Below, piece by piece: positions 1-14,473 of a stretch of DNA of 64,000 nt. This stretch comes from Eledone cirrhosa (lineage: Eukaryota), in contig OZ024742.1 in NCBI GenBank assembly GCA_964016885.1, positions 238,762,001 through 238,826,000 of the forward strand, read 5' to 3'. The notes beneath the pieces were generated by a model, which worked only from the letters and a program-made list of their open reading frames with translations, ran no database searches and was not told where the DNA came from. How positions within the stretch are numbered: position 1 is the first letter of the stretch; the number at the start of each line of letters is the position of its first letter. The position numbers and the translations under genes are program-made.

Positions 1-628
1 GCCATAACTATCCCATCTTTTTGAATATTGGAAACTACATTCATTAATGCATCCTTTTAGGACACGAGTTCGATTTGAAAGAAATTTGATCGAACAACAG
101 AAGCTTTCTTATTGATTTGTATAATGAAATTTAAAACTATTGTCATTAGGTAGTGAAGATGATAGCCTCCCTTCATTTCACAATATTCCTGTGAATTACA
201 GTTATTCCCCTTGACAACGAGCAGTGGAATTTTGGGACTTCAGAATTTAGAAAACTACTCCCATTCATGCTTGCAAAATATTTTTCTCTGTAAATTAATT
301 CAACTAATGGAAAGAAAAGAAAAAGAAAAACTACTGAACTCAAACTGCCTGAAACTTTCCCTGCCCTACTGAGAACTAGAAACAGATTTCTTGTTAATTA
401 TGATTTTTATTCCAATAAAATGGTGGGGATGATGATGATGATGATATCTGTGATTTTTATTCCAATAAAATGTTTATTTTCAAAATGGTTTGAAAGTCCT
501 AGGCCATGTTTTTCACAAGAAATATGGTAACGAAAAGTCCCAGTGACTCTTAACTTTGAAAGTTTTCTGTTGGGTCTATTTTTCATTGAACAGATATAAC
601 TAATTAGAGATAAAAGAAAATTACTTAC

Positions 629-799
629 GTCCATGATATATGGGGTCGCATCATTCTCATACAACTTTTCACTGGCATTTTAGCAAATTCCACATCAGTC
701 TTAAAGTCAATGTGACCTTCACCACCAACTTTAAAATCAATTCCAGCTTTGAATATCTTTGAATCCAATTTGACAGACCCATCAAATAACAAGGCACCG
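629..799 (-). CDS. MTTP: MTP exon [24 protein letters not shown] (probably penultimate coding exon)
   Basis: ttgtag|C..AC|gtaagt, 171 nt, phase 2/2. Confidence 0.92.
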
Positions 800-3700
800 C
801 TACAACAATGAAACAGTGATTAGACAGTGATTAAATGGTGGGGATGATGATGATATCTGTGTTATATTTTCTTGTGATTTGTTCTGAGGATGAAGAGCAA
901 CACCCATGACTCTTTGTAAAACTTCCAAGACTGATGGGGGAATGGGAGGAAGAAATTTCAAGAGATGAATTATCAACCCTAGTCTAGAAACCTTGTTGAA
1001 ATGTTTGAAACAGATTGTACTCTACTAAAGACATGCAAAGGTGAGATGATGGTGTTAAAAAGAGTGACAGGTTATGTCTGCCACTTCAAAACAAGACTTC
1101 CAAACTGTTTCAGTCTACAAAATTTAACTCACACGGCTTAAATTGGTTCTAGGCTTTGATAGACCTAATGGTGCTGTATTATTGAATCAAACCTGGAATC
1201 ACAAGATTGTGAAAAAAAACTTCTGAACACTTGATATCAAATCACTTGAATCTGCCTCTGGTTCTATGATACAAAGCTATTTATTTTAATGTGTTTATAG
1301 TGATCTAAAAATTTTCCATGATAATTTAATGAAAGAACCTTTGTTAAGTTATGTTCCAAATACCAAAATTTGCTATATTATTAAATCCAAATTCTTGATT
1401 ATTTTCAAAATTATAGACAGTATCACTAGAAATATGGTAACGAAAGAGTTAACTACATGACTATATGCCTGGCAATGTGTATACAACTTTCTGATGAAAT
1501 TAAATAAAACTTACCTGTTGGTTACAACACTTTGAGATGTTCGGCTCCAAATACTATTTATCATTGAACCAGAAATATCTAGAGACAGTGCCGTCATTAG
1601 ATCAACTTTAGCAACAAGGCCATTAATAAGGTGAAGAGTTTGGTGTTCATCTTGCAAAAGTATGTTACCCTACAATAAAGAAAATCCACAAATATTTTAA
1701 TATATCACATCTTTATGAAGAGACAAGAACATGCATTTTAAGGCTATTTTCCTCAATAAAGCAGGGGTTAGCCCAACTACTTGAAATAGGGTCCTTTATG
1801 AGGCAATGTTTTACAGCTGAATGTCCTTTCGGGCATCAATGCTTATGACACAGAGATATGGTGTACCTATTCTACACCAATCATGCTAGCTTTATGAAGA
1901 ACCTTTTAAAATATTTGAAGCAACCATCTATTTGTTTATGAAGAGATGTTCAAATTTTTTAACTATCACTTTAGAGGGTGAACGAGGTGCTTTTTATCAT
2001 GGCAAATCTCTTCTAAAAGTTAAGCTGGATGAGATAATTGACTCTTGTGTTTCATAGGGAAAAGATTTCAGGAGGATATGGCACACAATGCTACAATATT
2101 GAACAAAATGCTTTGCAGTACTTAGTTATGACTGTTTTGGGTTCAAATTCTGCCAAGGTCAACTTTGCCTTTCATCCTTCCTTGTTATTAAAGTAGCAGT
2201 CAAATACTGGGGATCGATATAATCAACTTTCTCTTCCCCTAAATTGTTGATCTTTTTGCCAAAATTAGAAATCCTTTTATGTCTATCAAAACACAGCCAG
2301 ATTCATGATAATATTCTGTGCTCTTTTCATTGGGCTACATTGGTAACAAACAAAGATTCTAGTTTGAAATGTTAGAACATCATAGCAGAGCTGGATTAAC
2401 CATTAAAAATAAGTGATGAGGGACAGTATTTTATTCAAATTAAAAATATTTGTTATTAAAAAAAAAAGTGTTTTTTGCAGACTTGATATATGGGGCATAG
2501 TAATCTTTTAAATGCTAAGGGCGTCAAATGAACTTAACCAGGCCCTGCATTATAGGAAGCCTGAAATGTTAAAATATCTTAGTGTCTTAGATGCAACAGC
2601 TCTTTGATAAATTCTGCAAAAAGAAGCCTGCTAGCAGTATATAACTTTCCAAAGGACATTCCAATGAAGATTGCAATTATGGAATAAAAATACAGAATAA
2701 AACATCACCTGCAATGCTGATGTTGGCTCAGATGGTGCATTCCATGCAGCTGACATTAATTCACCTGATCCACGGAAGAACTCAACCGGTCGCAATAAAA
2801 CATCAAACAGTGTTAAAGACATGCCAGCTGTAGGCTCAACTTCTTCAGATGTAGATTCATCAGAGACTAAACTCTCAATTCCATCAGCATATAATCTGAA
2901 CTGCATAAAAAAAAGGTAAATGAGAAAATACCATTTATTAACAATTAATGGAGATTAACTATTAAAATTATGATTTTTATGTATAATCATAATTAGTAAT
3001 ATTAATGGAAGAACAGATGTACATTCTCCTAGAGAGTGACATTCTCTTAGAGAGATTTCTTAATGAAAACTACGGGTCTCTCACTTCACCCCCCCCCCCC
3101 CCATATATATATATACAACCATCCATCCATACAGACATGCAAACATACCTCTACTGCAGCTTCACTCCACTGGATTTCCTAGGACTTCTCCGCCTAGTGA
3201 TCATTGTTCATGCCCATCACACCCGTACCAATGCAATCTTCTCTCCTGCACACCACTTTGGGTTCCTCTTAAACTTAACTTCTCCCTCAACTCGTCCAAG
3301 CTCTGCCTCTCTCCTACACTTACATTACACATCCAACGGAACATGGTTGCTTCATTTCTCTCCAGTTTATGGATGTCCTCTGCAGTCACTGCCCATGTTT
3401 TACTACCATGCAAGCATCGCACTTTGCACACAGGCATCATACAGTCGTCCTTTTGTATGTAGGGAGAAATCTTTTTTGTCAACAGTGGGAGTAGCTCTCT
3501 AAACTTTTTCCATCCTATCCTTATTCTAGCTATTATGTTCTTAGAGCACCCTCCTATGTTGCTAATTCAGTTGCCTAGATAGCAGAAGCTATCAACCACT
3601 TCTATGGGTCCTCACTAACATATATAATTACATGCTGTTAGTATACTGGCCTGCATATACCACTGAAAAACAGCTATTTGTCTTTCTGGATTTTATGAGA

Positions 3701-4616
3701 ATGAAAATGAAGTAGAATATTAAAAGGAAACTAACAGATAAAAGTTTTTCTGAAAATTCTTTTCCAAATAATTCTACTTCTAGTGAACTCCTCTTCATTA
3801 AAGATGATTTAGAATTTTCAATAAAGAGTCCATATGTAGAGTTAATTGAATTAGAGGCTGTAAAAGAAGAAAAATACCATTATTAGAATTGCTTTGTAAT
3901 ATATATATATATATATTCAGTAAACATTGCTGCAATTCAATTCAAGCACTCAAAGTCATGTTACTTCTTCCAAATAAGAATGATGGAGTATAATTAGAAG
4001 TTGTAGATGTTAAAGAGTCATTTATTAACAAAGCTGTAATACATATTTCAATGTCGATTGTGGCCGATTGATTTTACGTAACCATTCACGTGATCTCATC
4101 AGACATCAACATTAAAAAGAGAAAAAGGTTATGTTTTCTAGGCAATCCAGACCAGGATGCAAGGGAACAGACAAAAAAAAATGATGCTTTTTTGGGGTAT
4201 GTAAAATCAAGTGGCCATATGTATGTATGTATACATATATGTGTAGATTTATATGTACACATATTTTGATGTATACATATATGTGTAGATTTATATATAC
4301 ACATATATGTATGTATACAGATATATGTATACATATGTGTAGATTTATATGTACACATATATATATGTATACATATATATGTACACATATATGTACACAT
4401 ATGTACACATATGTATGTATACATATATATGTACACATGTATGTATACATATATATGTACACATGTATGTATACATATATATGTATGTACACTTATATAT
4501 GTACATATATATATGTACACTTATATATGTACATGTAAAACCTACTACAGTCAGTAGGCATCTCTAACAAAATACAATATATGTATGTATATATATATAT
4601 ACATATATGTATATAC

Positions 4617-4647
<31 letters not shown>

Positions 4648-4704
4648 CATATATATATATACATATATATATATACATATATATATATACATATATATAT
4701 ATAC

Positions 4705-4739
<35 letters not shown>

Positions 4740-7700
4740 CATATATATAAATTCCCGCTCCCTAATATCTCCTCCACCACACTGTACAACATGCGGTCAA
4801 CCCCCCCCCCTCTCTCTCTCTATCCATATACATATATAAGATAAAGTAACTCACTTTCGCCAATTCGTGGCAGATTCTCTTTCATGGTAAAATGTAATGT
4901 ACTCATTTTTCTAGCTTTCTAACATCCGCTTATTCCATAGTCCCTCCAAACCTATTTCCTCCTGTATTTTCCAAAACAAATCTCTTGTATTTTGTCACGA
5001 TTGTAAGATACGGAAGTTTTTGGCGTATCAAGCTAAACAAATCTTGTATTTTTGTTTACGTTCGTAAAATATTAGGATCTAACTTAAACCTATTCTTCTC
5101 GCTAACAACGCACCACCATTATTATCACGTGGACCAATCATAAGCCAGAGGCATATACTATCGCTTACCTGGTCGCCTTCGGTATGTAGGATGGTAGGAC
5201 TACGGAGTTCCGGAGAGTTGAAGAGAGAAAAATCTGGACGCTCAGCGACAATGCCAAAGTTAAAGACAAACACACCTCGTGGACGAGAATGCGAACATGC
5301 CTCTTTGTTTCAGCCGCGGATGGCTAACATAACCCCATCTCCCCCCTCTCCCCACCTTTCCCACCCCCCAAACGCAATCCAAAACTTCAGATTTGGTACC
5401 TTAAATGTAGGCACCCTAAAGGGTCGCTCTAACGAGGTTGTAGAAATGCTTGAACGTAAGGAGGTCGATGTTTGTTGTATTCAAGAGACCAGGTGGAGGG
5501 GTGGATCTGCTAAATTCATTGTGGGTAGAAAACGATGCTATAAGCTTTTCTGGGTGGGAAATGACAATGGGCTGGGTGGGGTAGGAATCATGGTAGCAGA
5601 AAAGTGGGCAGATAAGATAATAGACGTAAATAGAGTGAACGACAGAATAATTAAAATAAGACTTGTCCTCAATAGAACCACGGTGACAGTAATATCAGAT
5701 TCTATGAGACACTGATGCTCACTACCTCCCAAATAACCGACAGTGACTATATAATTATTGCAGGCGACCTAAACGGTCACGTTGGACAACATTGTGACGG
5801 CTACGACGAAATCCATGGAGGCTATGGGTTTGGTACTAGAAATGAGGAAGGCTCCAGAATCCTGGAATTCTGTGACGCAAATAACCTAACTATCTGCAAC
5901 ACTAACTTCAAAAAACGAGACAATCACTTGATCACCTACAGATCAGGGGAACATACCAGCCAGGTAGATTATATCCTTACCAGAAGACGTGACAAAGTGA
6001 CAGTTGTAAACACTAAATCCCTCCCCCATGAAGATTGCACCTCCCAACATAGACTGATAATTAGCGACCTAATAGTCAGGACGAGACGTACTAGGCAACA
6101 GAAGAGGACTACCCTCAGGAGAAAAATATGGAAGCTAAAGGACCCCACAGCCAAAAATAAATTCCAAAGCATATTACTTGATGCTTTCGACAGTAAGGAA
6201 GAGCAAATAGAGTCGTACAAGGTAGAGGAACAGTGGGAATTCCTGAAAGCAAACCTGCTGACGGCGACAGACGAAGTCTGTGGCTGGAGCAGGCCTGTAG
6301 GCAGGAAGAGAGTAACATGGTGGTGGAACAGTAAGGTGGAGGGGTCAATTAAGGCCAAAAAGCAGGCTTGGAAAGTATGGCGGGATGGGAGTAGCAGAGA
6401 AGACTATCAAGTGGCCAGGAGGGAAGCTAGGAGACAAGTGTACTTCGCAAGAAGGGAAGCAGAGGAAAGAAAGTTCAAGCATGTTCTACAACGTGAGGAC
6501 CAAAAACGTGAGGTGTTCAGGATTGCCAGGCAATGTGTCAAGGAAAACAGTGATATTGTCGGGGAGAAGTGTGTACTTAACGATGACGGTGTACTTGCCA
6601 TCACCGACAAGAAGGTAGCTTGGAAGTGTCACTATGAAAGGCTACTCAATGAGGAGAATAAATGGGAGAAAGACAGTCTCCCCCACATCGACCCAATAGA
6701 GGGACCAGCAGTGTTAGTCGAGGGTAGTAAAATAAGTAAGGCAATCAAAGATATGAAGACAGGCAAGGCGACTGGGCCTTCGGAAATAGTTGCCGAGATG
6801 CTGAAGGCATCTGGTACGGTGGGACACACCATGGTCACCCGGATAGTCAACCAAGTCATACAGAATGGGGTTGTTCCGAAGGACTGGCGTAGCAGCATTA
6901 TCGTTAACTGTTATAAGGGTAAAGGAGATGCCCTAGATAGGAGTAACGATAGAGGCATTAAATTAATCGACCAGGTCATGAAGGTCACGGAAAAAGTAAT
7001 AGCGCAACTAATCAGAGAGCGAATTGATCTAGATGAAATGCAGTTCGGGTTTGTGTCAGGAAAAAGTACCACAGACGCTCTTTTCATTGTACGACAACTA
7101 CAGGAGAAGTACCTAGCTAAAAGTAAACCCCTATACTTAGCTTTCGTCGACTTGGAGAAGGCCTTCGACAGAGTCCCCCTTTCCATTATCTGGTGGGCTC
7201 TTAGAAAACTAGGTGTCGATGAATGGCTTGTGAGAGCTATACAAGCCATGTATAAAGAAACAGTCAGCAAGGTTAGAATTAACAACGAATATAGTGAAGA
7301 GTTTAGTGTAAAAGTTGGTGTTCATCAGGGCTCTGTTCTTAGCCCCCTACTATTTATTATTGCCCTCCAGGCTATAACAGTGGAGTTCAAGACCGGCTGC
7401 CCATGGGAACTCCTATACGCAGACGATCTAACGCTCATAGCTGAATCAATGGCCGAGCTAGAGAAGAAATTCCAAACATGGAAGCGCGGGATAGAATCAA
7501 AAGGCCTTAAAATTAACCTGGCTAAGACTAAAGTTCTAGTTTGTAGGAAAGAAAATAAGGCGGCGGTCCCCTCCGGGAAGTGGCCATGCGCAGAGTGTAG
7601 GAAAGGCGTAGGTAGAAATTCCATTTTGTGTCCCAAATGCAAAGTTTGGGTTCATAAAAGATGTAGTGGGATCACAGGTAAGCTAACTAAGAACATAGAT

Positions 7701-8813
7701 TTTACATGTGGCCAGTGTTCTGGGGCAATAAGTAGCAGCAAGTGCCCACAGAATACTAGCTCTTTCAACTGCGCAGAGGGTTCTATAGAAATAGTGGACA
7801 GCTTCCGTTACCTGGGTGACAAAATCAGCAGTGGGGGAGGGTGCTCTGAAAGTACAGTAGCTAGAGTCAGAACTGGGTGGAAAAAGTTCAGAGAGCTTAT
7901 ACCACTATTAGCCGCTAAAGGGTTCTCCCTAAAAATGAAAGGCAGGTTGTACGATGCCTGCATACGAACAGCAATGTTGCATGGCAGTGAGACCTGGGCA
8001 TTGTGCGCAGAGGATATACGCAGACTAGAGAGAAACGAAGCTTGCATGCTCCGCTGGATGTGTAATAGTAATATACGTGAACGACAAAGCATAAACGAAC
8101 TAAGGAAAAAATTAGAAATAAGAGGGATCAGATGTTGTTTACTAGAGAGAAGGCTACGTTGGTATGGTCACGTGATGCGCATGAAGAACGATAGCTGTAT
8201 AACAAAGTGCAGGGCAATAAAGATAGACGGTAGCCACGGAATAGGCAGACCCAGAAAAACCTGGGACGAGCTGATAAACTCCGACCTCACACAGTTACAC
8301 CTCACCAAGACAATGTCACTGGACCGAGACCTTTGGCGGTACTCAGTAATAGAGAAGACCCGCCTTACCTAAATACAAAGTAAAACCTACTACAGTCAGT
8401 AGGCATCTCTAACAAAATACACCCCCGTCCCACCACCCACACCGCCCCCTTCTATGTAAAGTTATGTTGGTGCCACACCATCCAGGCCGAAACAAATGAG
8501 ATCGTGTAGGTGTCACGACAAAAAAACACAGTCCACGCTGTAATGTGGCCGTGTAGGCAACACGGTAAAAACCTCCCAGACCCACACTTTAAATGTGGTT
8601 GGTGTTAGGAAGGGCATCCAACTGTAGAAAACCTGCCATACAGTCCTATGCGAGCAAGACAATCACTCTTGCCTCAAGTGGGACTACCCCCGTCCAAACC
8701 CATGCAAGCGTGGAACACGGACGTTAAACGATGATGATGATATATACATATATACATATATATATACATATATATATATATACATATATATATACATATA
8801 TATATATATATAC

Positions 8814-8858
<45 letters not shown>

Positions 8859-8939
8859 CACATATATATATATATACATATATATATATACATATATATA
8901 TATACACATATATATATATATACATATACATATATATAC

Positions 8940-8987
<48 letters not shown>

Positions 8988-8989
8988 AC

Positions 8990-9088
<99 letters not shown>

Positions 9089-9204
9089 CATATATATATA
9101 CATATATATATATATACATATATATATACATGATGGCTGCCCCCTCGTTATCGAGTATGGCCATTGCACAATAAAAAAAAAAAAAAATAAAATAAAAAAA
9201 AAAA

Positions 9205-9258
<54 letters not shown>

Positions 9259-9281
9259 GAAAAAAAAAAAAAAGGGAAAAG

Positions 9282-9314
<33 letters not shown>

Positions 9315-9424
9315 TACATATATATATACATACACATATATATACACACACACATACATACATATATACACACACACATACATACACATACACTCACACA
9401 TATATACACACATACATTAATAAC

Positions 9425-9467
<43 letters not shown>

Positions 9468-9546
9468 GCAATAATATTAATAACGACAACAACAACAATA
9501 ATATACATATTCATATATATATACACACACACGCACGCACATAAGC

Positions 9547-9584
<38 letters not shown>

Positions 9585-11493
9585 GATAGCAACTAACAGT
9601 GCTGCGATCGAATGTGGCTTTTTAGCCCAGCCAATGATCTAAAATGTCTTGCACAGAGTCGGCAACCAAAACATTTACTGGGAATAGTCGGCTGTGGTTG
9701 GAGTTCGTGTACTTTTGCATGTCGCTTGAGTCCTCCTGCTGATTTACATTCTCTACCACATGTTTGGCAAGCATGATGAGTAGCATCTCCAACAGCAGCC
9801 TGGTAGTCAACCACTGGTCTTACTTTATGACTGCGAAGATGACTTTCGAGTCCAGCTTTGCTTAGGCAGAGTCTCGCACAGACGCTGCATGTCAGAAACA
9901 TAGGAGGACCCTCGCCGTCTGGAAGTGCAACAGCAATACCCTTCCTCACGTCCCGCTTTACTTTCTCGTGTGCGATTCGAGATGCCTCAAAGGCAACTTT
10001 TCCCTCATATACAGTCTTTCTCCATTTATTACGATCAGCAGCAATATTTTCCCATGTATCAGCAGAGATGTTAGCGTCTTTCAGAGAGGCCTTCAAGGAA
10101 TCCTTATACCTCTTTTTTGGTTTATGTGGCGGTCGTTTTCCTTTAACCAACTCTCCATAGAAGAGTTGTTTTGGTATTCTAGAATCCTTCATCCTGGCAA
10201 GGTGACCACTCCAACGGAGTCGCTGCTTAAGCACAAGAGCTTCTATACTGTCACACATAGAGCTTTCCAAAATCTCGACATCACTGATGTGGTCCCTCCA
10301 GCGAACGCCATGTATCCGTCTGAGACACATCTGATGGAAACGCTCCAATTGCCTAAGGTGGCGTCGATATGTGACCCAGGTCTCGCAGGCATAAAGAAGA
10401 CAAGAGAGTACACATGCCCTGTACACCCTTACCTTTGTCCTCCTGCATATGTCTCGCCGACCCCAGAGTCGCCTTTCTAGCTTTCCGAAAGCATCACTTG
10501 CTTTCCTAATCCTAAGTGAGATTTCACTGTCAAGGTTGCCGTATCGATTGACAGTGCTTCCCAGGTAGACAAACTGATCAACCACTCCAAGTCGTTTGCC
10601 ATACACATAGATGTTTGGTTCAGTGTACTCCCTACCAGGTGCAGGTTGGTACATGACGACGGTTTTCTTGAGACTGACAGTCAAACCCAGGGCAGTGCAA
10701 GCGTCAGAAAATACATTCAAAATGTGCTGCATATCACTCTCTGTGTGCGCTACAAGATCGCAATCATCTGCATACAAGAGGTCTCTTATGACTGATGTAA
10801 ATACCTTTGTCTTCGCAGCAAAGCGCCTGATGTTAAATATGCTGCCTGAGGTTCGATATCGGATGTAAACACCATGCTCGCAATTCCCGAATGCAACACA
10901 GAAAACCATTGCAAAGTATATATTTTTTTTTTTTTTTTTTTTTTTTTGCGCGGGGACATAGAAATAATCGGGCTGGATGCCCGATCGCGCAGTTAAACCA
11001 CTGGGAGTGAAGAACCCCTAGCCCATGTCAGGGTATTCTTCTAGGAGAAGGCATCTCAGGAAACTGGGTTAACTCCGATATAAAACCTGCGGCTCAGTAG
11101 TTACCGATGATGTTGATCTTTTCTTCTTTTCTTCATATATATATACATACATATATATATACATACATATATATATACATACACATATATATACATACAT
11201 ATATCTATATACATACATATATATATACATACATATATATATACATACATATATATATATACATACATATATATATATACATACATATATATATACATAC
11301 ATATATATATACATACATATATATATACATACATATATATATACATACATATATATATACATACATATATATATATACATACATATGTATGTATATATAT
11401 ATGTATGTATATATATATGTATGTATATATATATGTATGTATATATACATACATATATATATACATACATATATATATATACATATATATGCA

Positions 11494-11533
<40 letters not shown>

Positions 11534-11547
11534 CATACATATATATA

Positions 11548-11579
<32 letters not shown>

Positions 11580-11722
11580 CATACATATACATACATACAT
11601 ACACATACATATACACATATACATACATATATATATACACATACATATATATATACACATACATACATATATATATACACATACATACATATATATATAT
11701 ACACATATATATATACATACAC

Positions 11723-11771
<49 letters not shown>

Positions 11772-11878
11772 CACATATATATATATATATACATATATAT
11801 ATACATATATATATATATACACATATATATATATATATACATATATATATACATATATATATACATATATATACATAC

Positions 11879-11911
<33 letters not shown>

Positions 11912-12950
11912 CATATATATATACATACATATATATACATGTGTATATACATATATATATACATACATACATATATATATATACATATATATATACATAC
12001 ATATATATATACATACATATATATACATGTGTATATACATATATATATACATACATACATACATATATATATATACATATATATATACATACATACATAT
12101 ATATATATACATATATATATACATACATACATACATATATATATATACATATATATATACATACATACATACATATATATACATATATATATACATACAT
12201 ACATACATATATATATATACATACATATATATATATACATACATATATATATATACATACATACATATATATATATACATACATATAAGGAAAAAATTAG
12301 AGATAAGAGGGATCAGATGTTGTTTACTCGGGAGAAGGCTACGTTGGTATGGACACGTGATGCGCATGAAAGTCGATAGCTGTATAACAAAGTGCAGGGC
12401 AATAAAGATAGACGGTAGTCACGGAATAGGCAGACCTAGAAAAACCTGGGACGAGCTGATAAACTCCGACATCACACACTTACACCTCTCCAAGACAATG
12501 TCACTGGACCGAGACCTTTGGCGGTACTCAGTAACAGAGAAGACCCGCCTTACCTAAATATATAGTAAAACCTACTCCAGCCAGTAGGCATCTCTAACAA
12601 AATACACCCCGTCCCACCCCCCCGCCCCCACCCCATCCACACCACCCCGTTCTATGTAAAGTTATGTTGGTGCCGCGCCATCGAGGCCGAAACAAATGAG
12701 ATCGTGTAGGTGTCACGACAAAAAAACACACAGTCCACGCTGTAATGTGGCCGTGTAGGCAACACGGTAAAAACCTCCCAGACCCACACTGTAAATGTGG
12801 TTGGTGTTAGGAAGGGCATCCAACTGTAGAAAACCTGCCAGACAGTCCTATGCGAGCAAGACAATCACTCTTGCCTCAAGTGGGACTACCCCCGTCCAAA
12901 CCCATGCAAGCGTGGAACACGGACGTTAAACGTTGATGATGATGATGATG

Positions 12951-12981
<31 letters not shown>

Positions 12982-13726
12982 CATACAAATATATATATAT
13001 ACATACAAATATATATATACATACATACAAATATATATATACATACATACAAATATATATATACATATACATACATACATATATATATATACATATACAT
13101 ACATATATATATATATACATGTGTATATACATATATATACATATATATACATATACACATATATATACATACATATATATATATACATATACATACATAT
13201 ATATATACATGTGTATATACATATATATACATATATATACATATACACATATATATACATATACATATATATACATATACATATATATACATATATATAT
13301 ACACATATATATATACACATATATATATACACATATATATATACACATATATATATACACATATATATATACACATATATATATATACACATATATATAT
13401 ACACATATATATACATATATATATACATATATATATACATATATATATATACATATATATATATACATATATATATATACATATATATATATACATATAT
13501 ATATACATATATATATACATATATATATATACATATATATACACATATATATACACATATATATATACATATATATATATATACATACATATATACATAT
13601 ACATATATATATATACATATACATATATACATACATATATACATATATATATACATATACATATATATATACATATACATACATATATATATACATATAT
13701 ATACATATATATATATACATATATAC

Positions 13727-13757
<31 letters not shown>

Positions 13758-13854
13758 CATATATATACATATATATATATACATATATATACATATATAT
13801 ATATACACATATATATATATACACATATATATATATACATATTTATATATATAC

Positions 13855-13905
<51 letters not shown>

Positions 13906-14334
13906 CATATATATATACATATATATATACATATATATATATACATATATATATACATATATATATAATGGAGGCACATGGCTTAGTGGTTAGAGCATTG
14001 GCCTTGCAATCGAAAGGTTGTGAGTTCAATTCTCAGACCGGGTGATGTGTTGTTTCCTTGAGCAAGACACTTCATTTCACATTGCTCCAGTTTACTCAGC
14101 TGTAGAAATGAGATGATAGGGACTCGGGTCCCTATCATTCCACTGCAAAGTGGACGTGTAGGTGCCACGGCAAAAAAGCACCCAGCACTCACTGTAAATG
14201 AGGTTGGTGTTAGGAAGGGCATCCAGCTGTAGAAATCAAGCCAGAATCAGTTCCCGTCCCACCCTTGCAAGCAGGGAAAAGTGGACGTAAAATGAAATGA
14301 TGATGATGATGATGATATATACATATATATATAC

Positions 14335-14375
<41 letters not shown>

Positions 14376-14384
14376 CATATATAC

Positions 14385-14473
<89 letters not shown>

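Noticed and set aside
170-290. Possible last MTP exon
   Set aside because: The in-phase reading after tacag gives no resemblance to the MTP C-terminus; the true exon is probably left of the window.
5140-5335. HDV-like ribozyme in the 5' region of the full-length LINE
   Set aside because: Isolated cctcgt and gctaa motifs, but no consistent P1/P2/P3 could be built.
5969-8092. Minus-strand ORFs over the LINE
   Set aside because: Antisense shadows of the RT ORF.
13970-14042. tRNA gene (also 16313-16385 and 41640-41736)
   Set aside because: A/B boxes are present but there is no full cloverleaf, and each continues into a SINE body.
11069-14045. Long Y/I/M/C/H/T-rich ORFs (also 4086-4844, 8674-9532, 54354-54734, 56599-57196, 58895-59438)
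   Set aside because: Artefacts of stop-free (TA)n/(TACA)n microsatellites.
14160-14245. Twister ribozyme in the RTE/SINE tail before aggaagggcatcc
   Set aside because: Lacks the P4 CCGG-UCCCAAGC-CCGG and UAA/GAGGG core; only a loose resemblance.
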